64,000 nucleotides of DNA from Candidatus Latescibacterota bacterium (GTDB lineage: Bacteria; Latescibacterota; CBDEFO01), in the NCBI GenBank assembly GCA_965248755.1, contig OZ252149.1, positions 2,336,001 to 2,400,000 on the forward strand. Reading direction: 5' to 3'. The notes under the pieces are model-generated. The model ran no database searches, was not told the DNA's origin, and saw only the letters and a list, made by a program, of their open reading frames with translations. Numbering within the stretch: the first letter of the stretch is position 1; each line of letters opens with the position of its first letter. Made by a program: the position numbers and the translations under genes. This document shows positions 51,871-61,891 of the stretch, piece by piece.

Positions 51871-52992
51871 ATGAGCAAAGTGAGGGTTGGGATTATAGGT
51901 GCAGGGAACTGTGCATCTGCCTTTATTCAGGGACTACATTTTTATAAAGACGCTGATGAGAATGAGTTCGTCCCGGGGCTTATGTATGTGAATTTAGGAG
52001 GCTATCATATCCGTGACATCGAAATATCAGCCGCGTTCGACATTGACGAGAACAAAGTCGGCAAGGACGTAGCAGACGTAATATTCGTTAAGCCTAACAA
52101 CACTATAAAGTTCGCCGATGTACCTCATCTGGGTGTTCCTGTGGGGCGCGGGATGACGCACGATGGCATCGGTCATTATCTGTCACAGGTTATAGAGAAG
52201 GCTCCGGGGGCGACTTCTGACATCGTTGGGATATTGAAGGATACAGGCACAGATGTGGTTTTAAATTTTCTTCCTGTCGGGAGTGAAGAGGCCACCAGGT
52301 GGTACGTGGAACAGGTTCTGGATGCAGGATGTGGATTTGTAAACTGCGTACCTGTATTCATAGCCAGCGCGGAGGATAAGTACTGGCAAAGGAGATTCGA
52401 AGAGCGGGGACTACCCATCATAGGCGACGACATCAAATCTCAGGTCGGGGCTACCATCGTTCACCGTGTATTGACGAGGCTCTTCAGAGAAAGAGGCGTC
52501 AAGTTGGAGCGGACGAGTCAATTGAATGTGGGAGGCAATACGGATTTTCTGAACATGCTCGAACGCTCGCGACTGGAATCCAAAAAGATAAGTAAGACGA
52601 ATGCCGTAACGTCTCAGTTGGATTACGATATAGGCGAGGAGAATGTCTACATAGGACCCAGCGATTATGTGCCCTGGCTCGGTGACCGGAAATGGTGCTA
52701 CCTAAAGATGGAGGGCACATCGTTCGGAAATGTGCCGCTTGAACTGGAGCTCAAATTAGAGGTGTGGGACTCACCCAATTCTGCGGGGGTCGTAATCGAC
52801 GCTGTAAGGTGCTGCAAGTTAGGTTTAGATCACGGCTTGAAGGGAGCTCTTAATGCCCCTTCGTCATATTTTATGAAATCCCCTCCCGAGCAGTTGCGAG
52901 ATGATGAGGCAAGGGACAGACTCGCGGAATTCATAGCCAAGTACGGTAAGTGCTCCCAAAAGGAGAAAGCTGATCAAAAGAAGGGCGAATAA
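51871..52992 (+). CDS. ino1: myo-Inositol-1(3)-phosphate synthase
   Basis: [64 protein letters not shown]. Confidence 0.96.
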   Translation: MSKVRVGIIGAGNCASAFIQGLHFYKDADENEFVPGLMYVNLGGYHIRDIEISAAFDIDENKVGKDVADVIFVKPNNTIKFADVPHLGVPVGRGMTHDGIGHYLSQVIEKAPGATSDIVGILKDTGTDVVLNFLPVGSEEATRWYVEQVLDAGCGFVNCVPVFIASAEDKYWQRRFEERGLPIIGDDIKSQVGATIVHRVLTRLFRERGVKLERTSQLNVGGNTDFLNMLERSRLESKKISKTNAVTSQLDYDIGEENVYIGPSDYVPWLGDRKWCYLKMEGTSFGNVPLELELKLEVWDSPNSAGVVIDAVRCCKLGLDHGLKGALNAPSSYFMKSPPEQLRDDEARDRLAEFIAKYGKCSQKEKADQKKGE

Positions 52993-53184
52993 TCTATTGA
53001 TCACACCTTGATCCGAACTCGTTCTTCCGAGTAATAGATTAGGACCTGCAACCGCTGTCCCCGGCGACAACGATGGATAAGGCCACGGTCAGTGCTGTAA
53101 GTGTGTATTTAAAATAGATGTAGGCTTGCTGTTCTGTTCAGAATAATTCTGTTGTCCTGTCGATCATATAGTTTTCCCTAAAAA

Positions 53185-53260
53185 AAGTGCCCTTCCCCAA
53201 ATTTCGGTCGCTGTGAACGCTTTTTCTCAAGCTAAAGCTCCTACTCGGGGAAGGGCACTT
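53185..53260. other. Perfect 14-bp inverted repeat with a 48-nt spacer
   Basis: AAGTGCCCTTCCCC / GGGGAAGGGCACTT; a T run follows on the minus strand. Confidence 0.7.
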
Positions 53261-53402
53261 GGCGTGTGGTTCGGTTCTAATTCTTAAGACGCCTTAAATT
53301 GCTCTGCGTTCCAAAATAGTAGTGGTAGACCGAAGTAGGTGTTGAATAACGAGTTATAGGCATCAGAAACTTTCCAAGTCTCCCTGATAGGAGAGCGCTA
53401 TT

Positions 53403-54461
53403 ATGCTTGAAAGAGACGCTTTGTTAATCGGCGTGTCGGGAGAAATGCAGGGGAAGGAGATTTCTTTATCCCGCTTTCCTTTCAAAGTAGGCAGGGACGT
53501 GACGAAGGACAAAAGGCCGAGATATAAGGAGAATACGCCCGGCAACTACCTCTATCTGGTAGATGCGGACGACCGGCTTAATGTCTCAAAGGAACATTTT
53601 CAGATCGATTTTAGAGACGGTATGTTCTATATATCTGACCTGGGGAGCGTCTGCGGCACGATAGTCAACGGGATACGTATCGGCGGCGACAGGAAGAGCG
53701 GCCAGGTGCTCCTGGACAGAGAGTTCAACGATATTGTTGTTGGAAGGACCGATTCCCCTTTCCGATTTAAGCTGATCCTACGAAAGTCTGTGAATGTATA
53801 CTCAGGGGGGAGACTCATATTGACGGCTGCAGGGCAGACGACGCCCACCACAGAACATCCACCGCAGTACAGATTGAACAAGGTCAGGTGCCTGATCGGG
53901 AGATCTGAAGACAGCGATCTGAAGCTCCCGTTCAAAGGAGTGTCCGAAAGACATGCTCAGATATTCAGGTCGGGAATATACACCCTGGTGGATGTCGGGA
54001 GCGCTGACGGGGGGGTCGCGAATGAGTTAAGGGGATCGGGGTATCCCTTGGACGATGGACAGAGGATCAAGTTCGATGATTTCGAGTTTGAGTTAGTGAC
54101 ACGGCAAGGCCAAGACAAGCTAGTGGGGAAAGATAAGCCTGCAGCGGGTAAAGAGTTTACTCTAGATAAGGATATCATAACGGTGGGCAGAGACCGGTCC
54201 TGTGACATTGTGATTCCAGATGATACAGGATCGGGCTTGAGAATTGTAGTTGCAGGAAGGTTGCAGAAAGGGTATTGGAGCTTTACGCTGGGAAATCAAG
54301 TCCAATTAACCAGAGAAGGATATAAATATACTCTTTACGATTTACACAGCTCCAGCGGGACTTTTGTAAACGGCAGGAGGTTGATGGAGAAGATTCTAAA
54401 AAGCGATGATCTCATCAAGATGGATCAGATTGTGCTTGAGTTCAAAGGAGACGATTTATAA
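53403..54461 (+). CDS. Protein with three tandem FHA-like domains
   Basis: VGR..VSKEH..DLGSVCGTIVNG; IGRS..VSERHA..DVGS; VGRD..C.I...DLHSSSGTFVNG. Confidence 0.85.
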   Translation: MLERDALLIGVSGEMQGKEISLSRFPFKVGRDVTKDKRPRYKENTPGNYLYLVDADDRLNVSKEHFQIDFRDGMFYISDLGSVCGTIVNGIRIGGDRKSGQVLLDREFNDIVVGRTDSPFRFKLILRKSVNVYSGGRLILTAAGQTTPTTEHPPQYRLNKVRCLIGRSEDSDLKLPFKGVSERHAQIFRSGIYTLVDVGSADGGVANELRGSGYPLDDGQRIKFDDFEFELVTRQGQDKLVGKDKPAAGKEFTLDKDIITVGRDRSCDIVIPDDTGSGLRIVVAGRLQKGYWSFTLGNQVQLTREGYKYTLYDLHSSSGTFVNGRRLMEKILKSDDLIKMDQIVLEFKGDDL

Positions 54462-54717
54462 ATTCAGCGTCAGCAGAAAGAGCCCTATAAGGGCTTTTGG
54501 ATGCAAGGTTCAGAGCTGGGATATTCAGGGAATAAGCGCGCTAATTGCGAGTGAGCCCCCTAATTGCTGGGGTTGCATATCCGAGCAAATTGGGATGAAG
54601 GATATACATCTTTGAGGGGGTCTGGAATGTTTTCTTTAGAACTGAAAATACTTGGCAGCTATTTGGGCGTTGGTGAAGTCCTACATTATAGGGATTATGG
54701 ACAGTTTGGGGGTTGTT

Positions 54718-55356
54718 GTGAAGGGATACTTTATAACTTTTGAGGGCATAGATGGTTGCGGGAAGTCCACCCAGGTACGGCGGCTGGGGGAGAGACTGCA
54801 GGGCAAAGGGATAGATGTAGTAATTACCAGAGAGCCCGGGGGAACAGAGATTTCGGAGTGGATTTCAAAGCTTGTAAAGGATAAGAGGAATGCAAGGATA
54901 GGAGGGCTCACGGAGCTTTTTCTCTATATGGCAAGCAGATCTCAGCACGTTGAGGAAGTAATCGGACCTTCGGTTAAAGAGGGAAAGATTTTGGTATCCG
55001 AGCGTTTCTCAGATTCTACCTTAGCATATCAGGGCTACGGAAGACAGTTGGATATGAAGGTTATCTCCTCTTTGAACAGCATAGCTACGAAGGGGATAGC
55101 GCCGGACCTTACAATATTGATAGATTTACCTGTTGATGTGGCGCAGGGCAGGATAGAGCAAAGAGGAACCCCGCCTGACCGGCTGGAAAGCGAGGACAGG
55201 GAGTTTCACTGCAGAGTCAAAAAAGGGTATCTGGAGATAGCCAGGATAGAGCCACAGCGGGTCATTATAATAGATGGAAGTAGGGGCGTAGAAAGTGTTT
55301 GGGGGGAGGTAAAGAAGGTGATCTGGGAGAGACTGCACTCGCTTTTGGCTCTGTGA
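54718..55356 (+). CDS. tmk: Thymidylate kinase
   Basis: FITFEGIDGCGKSTQ, TREPGG, ERFSDSTLAYQG, PDLT, DRLE. Confidence 0.96.
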   Translation: MKGYFITFEGIDGCGKSTQVRRLGERLQGKGIDVVITREPGGTEISEWISKLVKDKRNARIGGLTELFLYMASRSQHVEEVIGPSVKEGKILVSERFSDSTLAYQGYGRQLDMKVISSLNSIATKGIAPDLTILIDLPVDVAQGRIEQRGTPPDRLESEDREFHCRVKKGYLEIARIEPQRVIIIDGSRGVESVWGEVKKVIWERLHSLLAL

Positions 55357-55442
55357 TGTATGACACAACCCAGAAACACTATATCCTTTGAGTGATATAC
55401 AATAAATACTGAGATTAATGTCTTTTCTCAAGGAGATTAGGT

Positions 55443-57308
55443 ATGAAGCGCAAATGGACCTTAATCGTTTTTCTAATCATCCTGACAGCAGGATGGGGAT
55501 TGTATTCAGACTACGCTACGGGCAAGGATAAATATCAGGATGTGGACGAGGACATGGAGGATATGTGGGATGTGTACAAAAAGATTCTGTACCACTACTA
55601 TAAGGAGCTGGAACCGGACGATGTGCTTGAAACTGGGATAGAGGGGATGTTGAGCGACTTGGATCCCTACAGTCAGTTCCTAAATGAGAGGGCAGCGGAA
55701 CAGTTGAGAATAGATACCAAGGGAGAATTCGGGGGATTAGGGATCAGCATATCCCAAAAGGACCGCTATCCCACTGTCATATGGACACTGGAGGGGACGC
55801 CGGCTGATAAGGTAGGCCTTTTAGCGGGCGATCGAATCGTGAAGATTGAGGGAGAACCTACAAGGGGCGAGAGTCTGGGTAACGTGGTTGCGCTTTTAAG
55901 GGGCGTTCCGGGAACTCAGGTGAACATTACGGTAGAAAGGGAGGGCCTTGACACGCCAATAGAGTTCTCGATTATAAGAGCTGTGATTACTATTAAGAGT
56001 GTGTCGTTTGCGGATGTGATCGAGGACAGCATAGGCTACATACGGATGTTCCAGACGCGGTTTTCAGAAGATACGGAACGGGATATTCAAAAGGCTCTCC
56101 TAAAATTCAAGCAGGAGGGCGCGGTGGGTATTATCCTGGATTTGAGGAACAATCCAGGAGGATTACTGCCGCAGGCAACTGAGGTGGCAGACAAGTTCTT
56201 AAAGAAAGGAGACACAATCCTTTCAACCAGGGGGAGAGGACATGGTCAGGAACGGATTTACAGGGCGGAACAAGACCCCGTAATCGAGGACGTGCCCTTG
56301 ATAGTTCTGGTGAACAGTCAGAGTGCTAGTGCAGCAGAGATCGTAGCTGGGGCTATCCAGGATTCAGACAGGGGGTTAATATTAGGTGCTACAACCTTTG
56401 GGAAGGGGTCTGTGCAGACAGTGATGAGCGTGGGTGATGGGTCTTTGCTTAAGTTGACCACCGCTTTGTATTATACTCCCAGCGGGAGGAGCATTCATAA
56501 GGACCGGAAAGGTCTGGGCGGAATTATCCCTGTAGATGGGAGACTAATAAGCATAGACGCTTTGATCTCAATTATCAAGGACGCAACGGATGAAGATTCG
56601 ATGAAGAGTCTTTTGATGGAAAAGTTAGGCCTTACATACAATCAGGCAGAATTTATTATGAATAAGAATCTGGCCCAGTTGGTGTCTCAGGCTGCACAGG
56701 AGGTCGATAGTGAAAAAGAAAAGAAATTAACGGCGGGAGGGCGAACAGTATACGGAGGAGGGGGCATAGACCCCGATATAGTGGTGGACGATGATATTCC
56801 TCGCTATGCGCTTGAGCTTATGAAGAAGAGGATGTTTTTCTCATTTGCGGTTCACTATGCGGCTTCGCATCCGAATATAGGGAAGAATTTTGAGTTGGAC
56901 GATGACGCGATAGCCCAATTTAGGGAGTTTATAGCGGATACTTCTCAGGGCTTCGATTATGTAGTCGAAGGCGAGATGCAGTTAGAAGACCTTGAGGAAA
57001 TCCTGAACAAAAACGGGTACAGGCAAGAGGCAGAAACGCATCTGCAAATCTTGAAAAAGCAGATAGAGGAACAGGAAGAAAAGGATTTCCAGGAAAGTTT
57101 GGATTATATTAAAGGCTCAATTGCCATGCAGATTGCATCGAGGCTCTGGGGCGAAGAAGCCAGGTACAGAGCGGGGTTTGAAATAGATAAGCAGCTGCGG
57201 GCTGCTATTGACATTCTGAAGGATCCCGAGGTCTATGAAGAGTATTTGAAAGGAACAGAATTAGCACGTGGGAATGATATACCTGGTCAAGGTAAATTAA
57301 GGAAGTAG
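55443..57308 (+). CDS. ctpA: C-terminal processing protease, S41A family (PDZ + peptidase), with an internal insertion
   Basis: LDPYS, FGGLGI, DLRNNPGGLL, SASAAEIVAGA.QD, TFGKGSVQ, YYTPSGRSI, GGGGIDPD. Confidence 0.93.
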   Translation: MKRKWTLIVFLIILTAGWGLYSDYATGKDKYQDVDEDMEDMWDVYKKILYHYYKELEPDDVLETGIEGMLSDLDPYSQFLNERAAEQLRIDTKGEFGGLGISISQKDRYPTVIWTLEGTPADKVGLLAGDRIVKIEGEPTRGESLGNVVALLRGVPGTQVNITVEREGLDTPIEFSIIRAVITIKSVSFADVIEDSIGYIRMFQTRFSEDTERDIQKALLKFKQEGAVGIILDLRNNPGGLLPQATEVADKFLKKGDTILSTRGRGHGQERIYRAEQDPVIEDVPLIVLVNSQSASAAEIVAGAIQDSDRGLILGATTFGKGSVQTVMSVGDGSLLKLTTALYYTPSGRSIHKDRKGLGGIIPVDGRLISIDALISIIKDATDEDSMKSLLMEKLGLTYNQAEFIMNKNLAQLVSQAAQEVDSEKEKKLTAGGRTVYGGGGIDPDIVVDDDIPRYALELMKKRMFFSFAVHYAASHPNIGKNFELDDDAIAQFREFIADTSQGFDYVVEGEMQLEDLEEILNKNGYRQEAETHLQILKKQIEEQEEKDFQESLDYIKGSIAMQIASRLWGEEARYRAGFEIDKQLRAAIDILKDPEVYEEYLKGTELARGNDIPGQGKLRK

Positions 57309-57649
57309 TGCTTTTTCGGTAGAGTTTTTACACGTTGGCTATCGTCAGTATCAAGAAAGATATTATGCCAGCAAGATATGGCACCTAATATAGGTTCATT
57401 TAGTTTTCCGTGTTGATGCCAAGGAGGGCTAAAGTCGGCCAGGGATAGATAGCAAACAAGCTATAAGGTAAGCCAAGCCTTGCTAATCTCCAAAAGAAAC
57501 TGCATGGTTCTGGAGTTATGTTCGGCACGAACGTTGCACGTTTAGCTAAGCTAGTAAGAGGTTGAATTACTTTGTGATTACCAAACCTACAAAAGTGCCT
57601 AATTAGGAGAAACAGTTTACTAATCCGATTAATTCATAAACTTGGTGGA

Positions 57650-57810
57650 GTCATTTCGAGGAGCAAAGCGGTCCCCGATTGAGTCTATCGGGGAAGCAAT
57701 CTCAAGGTTTTATAGTGGTCTCCTATGAGAGCCGGAGAGTATTACATCCACTACAGCAACCCCCGATTAAATCTATCGGGGGGATTGCTTCGCCTTCGGC
57801 TCGCAATGAC
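57650..57810. repeat. Full palindromic element (REPIN/MITE-like) with an inner hairpin in each arm
   Basis: Left arm GTCATTTCGAGGAGCAAAGCG-[CCCCGATTGAGTCTATCGGGG]-AAGCAATCT; right arm [CCCCGATTAAATCTATCGGGG]-GATTGCTTCG..CTCGCAATGAC. Confidence 0.8.
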
Positions 57811-58240
57811 ACCGAAGGTGGTCAAACGGCATAACTATAATATAATACAATCCCTTAAATAATACACGGCCTTTTTTGTGAATTATTCGGGCTAACTCAA
57901 CTCTTTGCCGACGTTCTTCAACAGTGGAATCCATTGAAACAAAATGCTAGGCCCTTGAAAATTGAAGATTTATTCTGCATATGAGGAAAATTCTTCCTGA
58001 CCAGGCCGGGGATTAGTATCCATAATGTTCCTGTACCTAAAGGATACTTTGAACCTCCTCGTGGATCTATTTGCTCAATTAAACATAGTGAGATGATAAG
58101 ATTAGTCAAGCCTCCCCAAACTGCAAAAAAGAATACTTGAGGAATCTCCTTAATGAACCAACGCCTGTGATTTAGAGTATGAAAGTCTTCATATAAGGGT
58201 TTTGCTCTTTTGAGGAGCTACCCTGCCAGGGAGGATAAAG

Positions 58241-59866
58241 CCGACATTCCCCATATCACATTCATGAGGGATTATATTTCGATACATTCTTGTTTCTGAA
58301 TTAATATTACCACTTTTACATTTTTCAACAAGTACTTTTTTCAATTAAAATAGTATTTTCCTCTGAATTATCACTTTCTTTGTGTTTAAATCCTCCAATT
58401 AGAGACACCTCTCCATCGACTCACAAAAAAATGTGGCAGTTTAAACAGAATAACATCGCAATCGTTCAATCCGGGATAATATTTCGGCAAATAACCTCTT
58501 GTCTATCCCAACCTCAGCCATTTGAAACGTAATATATCCGCTGTGTCTGACAATCTTCGCTCCGATTTTGATAAATTTCACGAGGAGGCTGCGTAGTGAC
58601 CAGTGTTTGATTTTCTTCGGAAGAACAAAACGTCGCAGGAAGTTGCCCAAGTTGTAAGCCAGAACAAACAGCCAGAGCCTCACCTGATTGGAGACGAAAC
58701 GCTTGCATGAGAGTCGGGTCCAGTTCAGAGCATACTTGCCCTCCTTAATCCACTGCTCAGCTCTGCCACGGCCATTGTAGAAGTGTACCACGCCTTCTGG
58801 CTTGGCGCTCATGTTGGTCACGATAAATCCCACTCTTGGGAATAACTCCCCTTGGTGCCATTCAACCTTGGCGACCACTCGCCTCGATTGATCCCAACTG
58901 GCCGCTTTATATTGAAATTCATATAACGATACAATCGGTTTCCTCGGCGGTCGTCCAACTGGCCGAGTCAGCAGGTATCGTATCTTTTCATAGAGTATCT
59001 CATTTGCGGGAAGCCGAATGGCATACAAATAGCCGTTTCCCTCCAGATAATCATAAATCTCAGGCTTTGCGAATGCAGCATCGCCTCGAAAGTATTTCCT
59101 ATTCTTCTTGCTCTCGTATCTCTTGACGATCGGTTCCAGAACTTCCTTCCAACGATCAGCACTGTGAACATTACCAGAGCGAAGTAGGACTCCTTCACAA
59201 TCCCCGAACTGATTGAAGCAGAACACTGGATGAAAACAGGTACATCCGAAATGACCGTTGTAAGCTGATCCTTCCTGCTGGCCATGTACCGGACTCTCCG
59301 AACTGTCCATGTCCAGAATGATTCGTTGATGCTGTGTTTTACTCATCGCTTTTTGAACCCACTTGCCATTGATATCTGACAAGTTTCTGAGATTGTCATG
59401 CTGAGTCAGTATATCAGTTTCAAAACGTCCTATCGTGTTGGAGCTGGCAGCTTGCCTGCCTTTGTCCTTCTTTCCGGTAATCGCTCGCATGACGGGATCA
59501 ACGGATAATCGCTCGGCGTCATTTACATCTTCATATCCTGCAAGACGGCTGTATATCGATTGACGCAGGAGAGTAGATATATCATGTTGGATATTACGGC
59601 CTGTGCGTTTATCGGTAAAAACCGCTGATACCGAATCAAATAATCCCAGTGCGTAATCAAGGTCACGATACGCAAGAAGTCCACCGTTTGATGTCACCTT
59701 TGCACCATGAAATTCAAGCTTTATTCCTCCATCAAAACCTACTTTGATTCTTTCACCCTCTGGATGATCAATATTTATCCGCCATTTATGAGTCTTATTT
59801 ATTGTAATATAACATGTTCTGGCGACTTTGACAACCATTTTTCGGGTCTAATATGGCGAATGGGGG
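58241..59866 (-). mobile_element. Complete IS1380-family element (1626 bp) with a 5-bp target duplication TAAAG
   Basis: IRs CCGACATTCCCCATAT and CCCCCATTCGCCATAT (13/16 match); TAAAG at 58236-58240 and 59867-59871. Confidence 0.95.
58441..59838 (-). CDS. IS1380-family transposase (start uncertain)
   Basis: TSNGGLL, AGYEDVND, ILDMDSS, RGDAAF, FIVTN, FYNGRGRAEQWIKEGK, LAYNL. Confidence 0.96.
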   Translation of the reverse strand: MVVKVARTCYITINKTHKWRINIDHPEGERIKVGFDGGIKLEFHGAKVTSNGGLLAYRDLDYALGLFDSVSAVFTDKRTGRNIQHDISTLLRQSIYSRLAGYEDVNDAERLSVDPVMRAITGKKDKGRQAASSNTIGRFETDILTQHDNLRNLSDINGKWVQKAMSKTQHQRIILDMDSSESPVHGQQEGSAYNGHFGCTCFHPVFCFNQFGDCEGVLLRSGNVHSADRWKEVLEPIVKRYESKKNRKYFRGDAAFAKPEIYDYLEGNGYLYAIRLPANEILYEKIRYLLTRPVGRPPRKPIVSLYEFQYKAASWDQSRRVVAKVEWHQGELFPRVGFIVTNMSAKPEGVVHFYNGRGRAEQWIKEGKYALNWTRLSCKRFVSNQVRLWLFVLAYNLGNFLRRFVLPKKIKHWSLRSLLVKFIKIGAKIVRHSGYITFQMAEVGIDKRLFAEILSRIERLRCYSV

Positions 59867-60091
59867 TAAAGATCACATCTTCTATTGTGAGATGACGATT
59901 AGAGACGATCCTTCAATCAGCGCGGTGAGGTACAACTATATAAAGGAGCGAAAATCACGGAAGCAGGTGAGTTACATTTTAGCGAAGGAGGTTTTAGAGA
60001 GATGAGTGGGCGATTTAGCCTTTGTATGTGAGTTTAGAAGATGTGACTATGATATTCTGAACGTTTGATTGGATCGTTTCAGAAAAAAGTC

Positions 60092-60120
60092 TTGACATAT
60101 ACGGAAAACGCTTTTAATTT
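60092..60120 (+). promoter_or_regulatory. Putative tRNA operon promoter
   Basis: TTGACA-17 bp-TAATTT, 10 nt upstream of tRNA-Gly. Confidence 0.6.
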
Positions 60121-60130
60121 CATTTCAGAG

Positions 60131-60205
60131 GCGGGAATAGCTCAGTGGTAGAGCCCTACCTTGCCAAGGTAGTTGTCGCGGGTTCGAATCCCGTTTCCCG
60201 CTCCA
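60131..60205 (+). tRNA. tRNA-Gly (GCC)
   Basis: Acceptor stem GCGGGAA/TTCCCGC, anticodon loop TTGCCAA, GGTTCGAATCC, encoded CCA. Confidence 0.97.
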
Positions 60206-60245
60206 TTTGTTTAGGAATTTACCTGTTGGGACGAGGAGTTCAACA

Positions 60246-60320
60246 GGCGGCATAGCCAAGCGGTAAGGCGAGGGTCTGCAAAACCCTTATTCCCCAGTTC
60301 GAATCTGGGTGCCGCCTCCA
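60246..60320 (+). tRNA. tRNA-Cys (GCA)
   Basis: Acceptor stem GGCGGCA/TGCCGCC, anticodon loop CTGCAAA, TTCGAAT, discriminator U, encoded CCA. Confidence 0.97.
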
Positions 60321-60346
60321 AACACTCAAAAGATTGTCGAGATTCG

Positions 60347-60382
60347 AAGCAGCTGGATGAGCAATTATCCAGCTGCTTTTTT
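60347..60382 (+). terminator. Rho-independent terminator after the tRNAs
   Basis: AAGCAGCTGGATGA-GCAA-TTATCCAGCTGCTT followed by a T run. Confidence 0.9.
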
Positions 60383-60393
60383 ATGAGGTTTTC

Positions 60394-60756
60394 ATGAAAA
60401 TTACATCTTTAGATCTCCATGCTGTTGACATTCCTGACAGGGCGTGGGGTTGGCCGGACGAGGCCTTCGGGATGCCGTTGCATCGAAAAGACCTTATGGC
60501 GTTCATCCTGATCCGGACGGATGAGAGGGTAGATGAAGTCGGGGCGGTAGGACTTTACTGCGGTCCCCCAAAGGGTGAGTCAGAGGTGGATACATGGCCC
60601 GGACGGGATCCCATGAGGGTTAATCTTGCACTCCTGGACACGCCGCCTGCGAACAGGAAAGCCTTCAAGTCCGCAATACTGGACATAAGGGGCAAGGTGT
60701 TGGGGTGTCCGATCTCAGAATGGATGCTATCCAGAAATACGGGGATGAGGGGATAA
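60394..60756 (+). pseudogene. Truncated N-terminal domain of a mandelate racemase/muconate lactonizing (enolase superfamily) enzyme
   Basis: MKITSLDLHAVDIP..., IRTDE, SAILDIRGKVLGCPISE (cf. ALxDxxGKxxGxPV); the barrel domain is missing. Confidence 0.65.
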
Positions 60757-60795
60757 AAGGGCTACAGTGATAGCTGGGAAAGACTCTGCTTAAGT

Positions 60796-61543
60796 CTGGG
60801 AGATACAAGCTATGACCCCTACGAGGACATCGCCGACCGGTATGAACTATTCTACGAAACTGATCCAGAGATAGTTGAGTTTTTGCGAAGACTCTTTTTT
60901 GACAATCATGTTCATAAGGTTCTGGACTGTGCCTGCGGAACGGGACGCAAGCTTCTCTTGTTTCATTCCCTGGGCCGCGATGTCATTGGCTCCGACCTCT
61001 CAGAATCTATGCTCACAGAAGCACAGAGAAACCCAGATAAAGTCGGTATAAGTGTGCCGCTTCACAAAGTGGACTACCGCGAACTGCCACAGCTTTTCAG
61101 TGAGCGATTCGACGCCGTTGTATTCTGGTCTGCCGCGATATTTCACCTACCTAACGATGATGAAAGATCACAGGCCTTTCACAGTATGCGCACTGTATTA
61201 GCTAAAGACGGAATACTGGTCGTGGACCAAGGAATGACGGACAAGCATGGAACGAGAAAAGCAGTTCATTCGTAATAGCATTACTGGGGACGTTTCGCGG
61301 CTCTATGTAATCGACTGCGTCGCCGAAAGATGCTGTCGGTACAACGTTTTGGATATCTTTCATAGCCAGGAGGCCAATGATCTAAAGGTCTGGACTACCG
61401 ACGTCCATATTCTTCTGAGAGATGATCATGAAAAGCTGCCAAAAGCGGTGGGCTTCAGAGCAGTGGACTTTTATGGCACTTACAATTTCGATTCATACAA
61501 TAAAGAGACGAGCCTTAGATTGATAGCTATGGCTCGTAAGTGA
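60796..61543 (+). pseudogene. Class I SAM-dependent methyltransferase split by a frameshift; start codon degraded
   Basis: Upstream in-frame YDPYEDIADRYELF, then VLDCACGTG, GSDLSESML, FDAVV. The C-terminal half (VGFRAVDFYGTY..RLIAMARK) is in another frame from about 61250. Confidence 0.8.
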
Positions 61544-61789
61544 CCAGCGCAGCATTGAACGCAAGGATGTCGGCCTCTATGCCCTTCATCGCATGCTACC
61601 CATCATCTGTGAGCCGATGGCTTGCCGCCTCGAATCAGTTCTAACAAACTGGCACGTTCTTCATCTGTTGGTTGGTAAAACTCTAGCTTAATACCTCCCT
61701 AGAATCTCGAATTCCACCTTTTTGTGCATCACAGCTATCCAAAAGTTCAGCAAGCCCTTGATTTTTTTTATGGTCGCTAAAAATTTCTC

Positions 61790-61864
61790 TTGCGTTTGGA
61801 CGTAATTTTCTATATTATAGCGGGTCGGAGTGGGATAAAGTGGGCTGAAAGGGATAATAGAGGG
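61790..61864 (+). promoter_or_regulatory. dcw promoter with MraZ-binding direct repeats
   Basis: TTGCGT-17 bp-TATTAT, followed by GCGGG/GTGGG/GTGGG/AAGGG/GAGGG at about 10-bp spacing (61820-61864). Confidence 0.75.
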
Positions 61865-61891
61865 CATTTTGTATAGAGGATAGGGCTTGTA

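Noticed and set aside
57918..58240. Possible membrane-protein remnant next to IS1380
   Set aside because: The open stretch on the minus strand is hydrophobic, but I cannot assign a family with any confidence.
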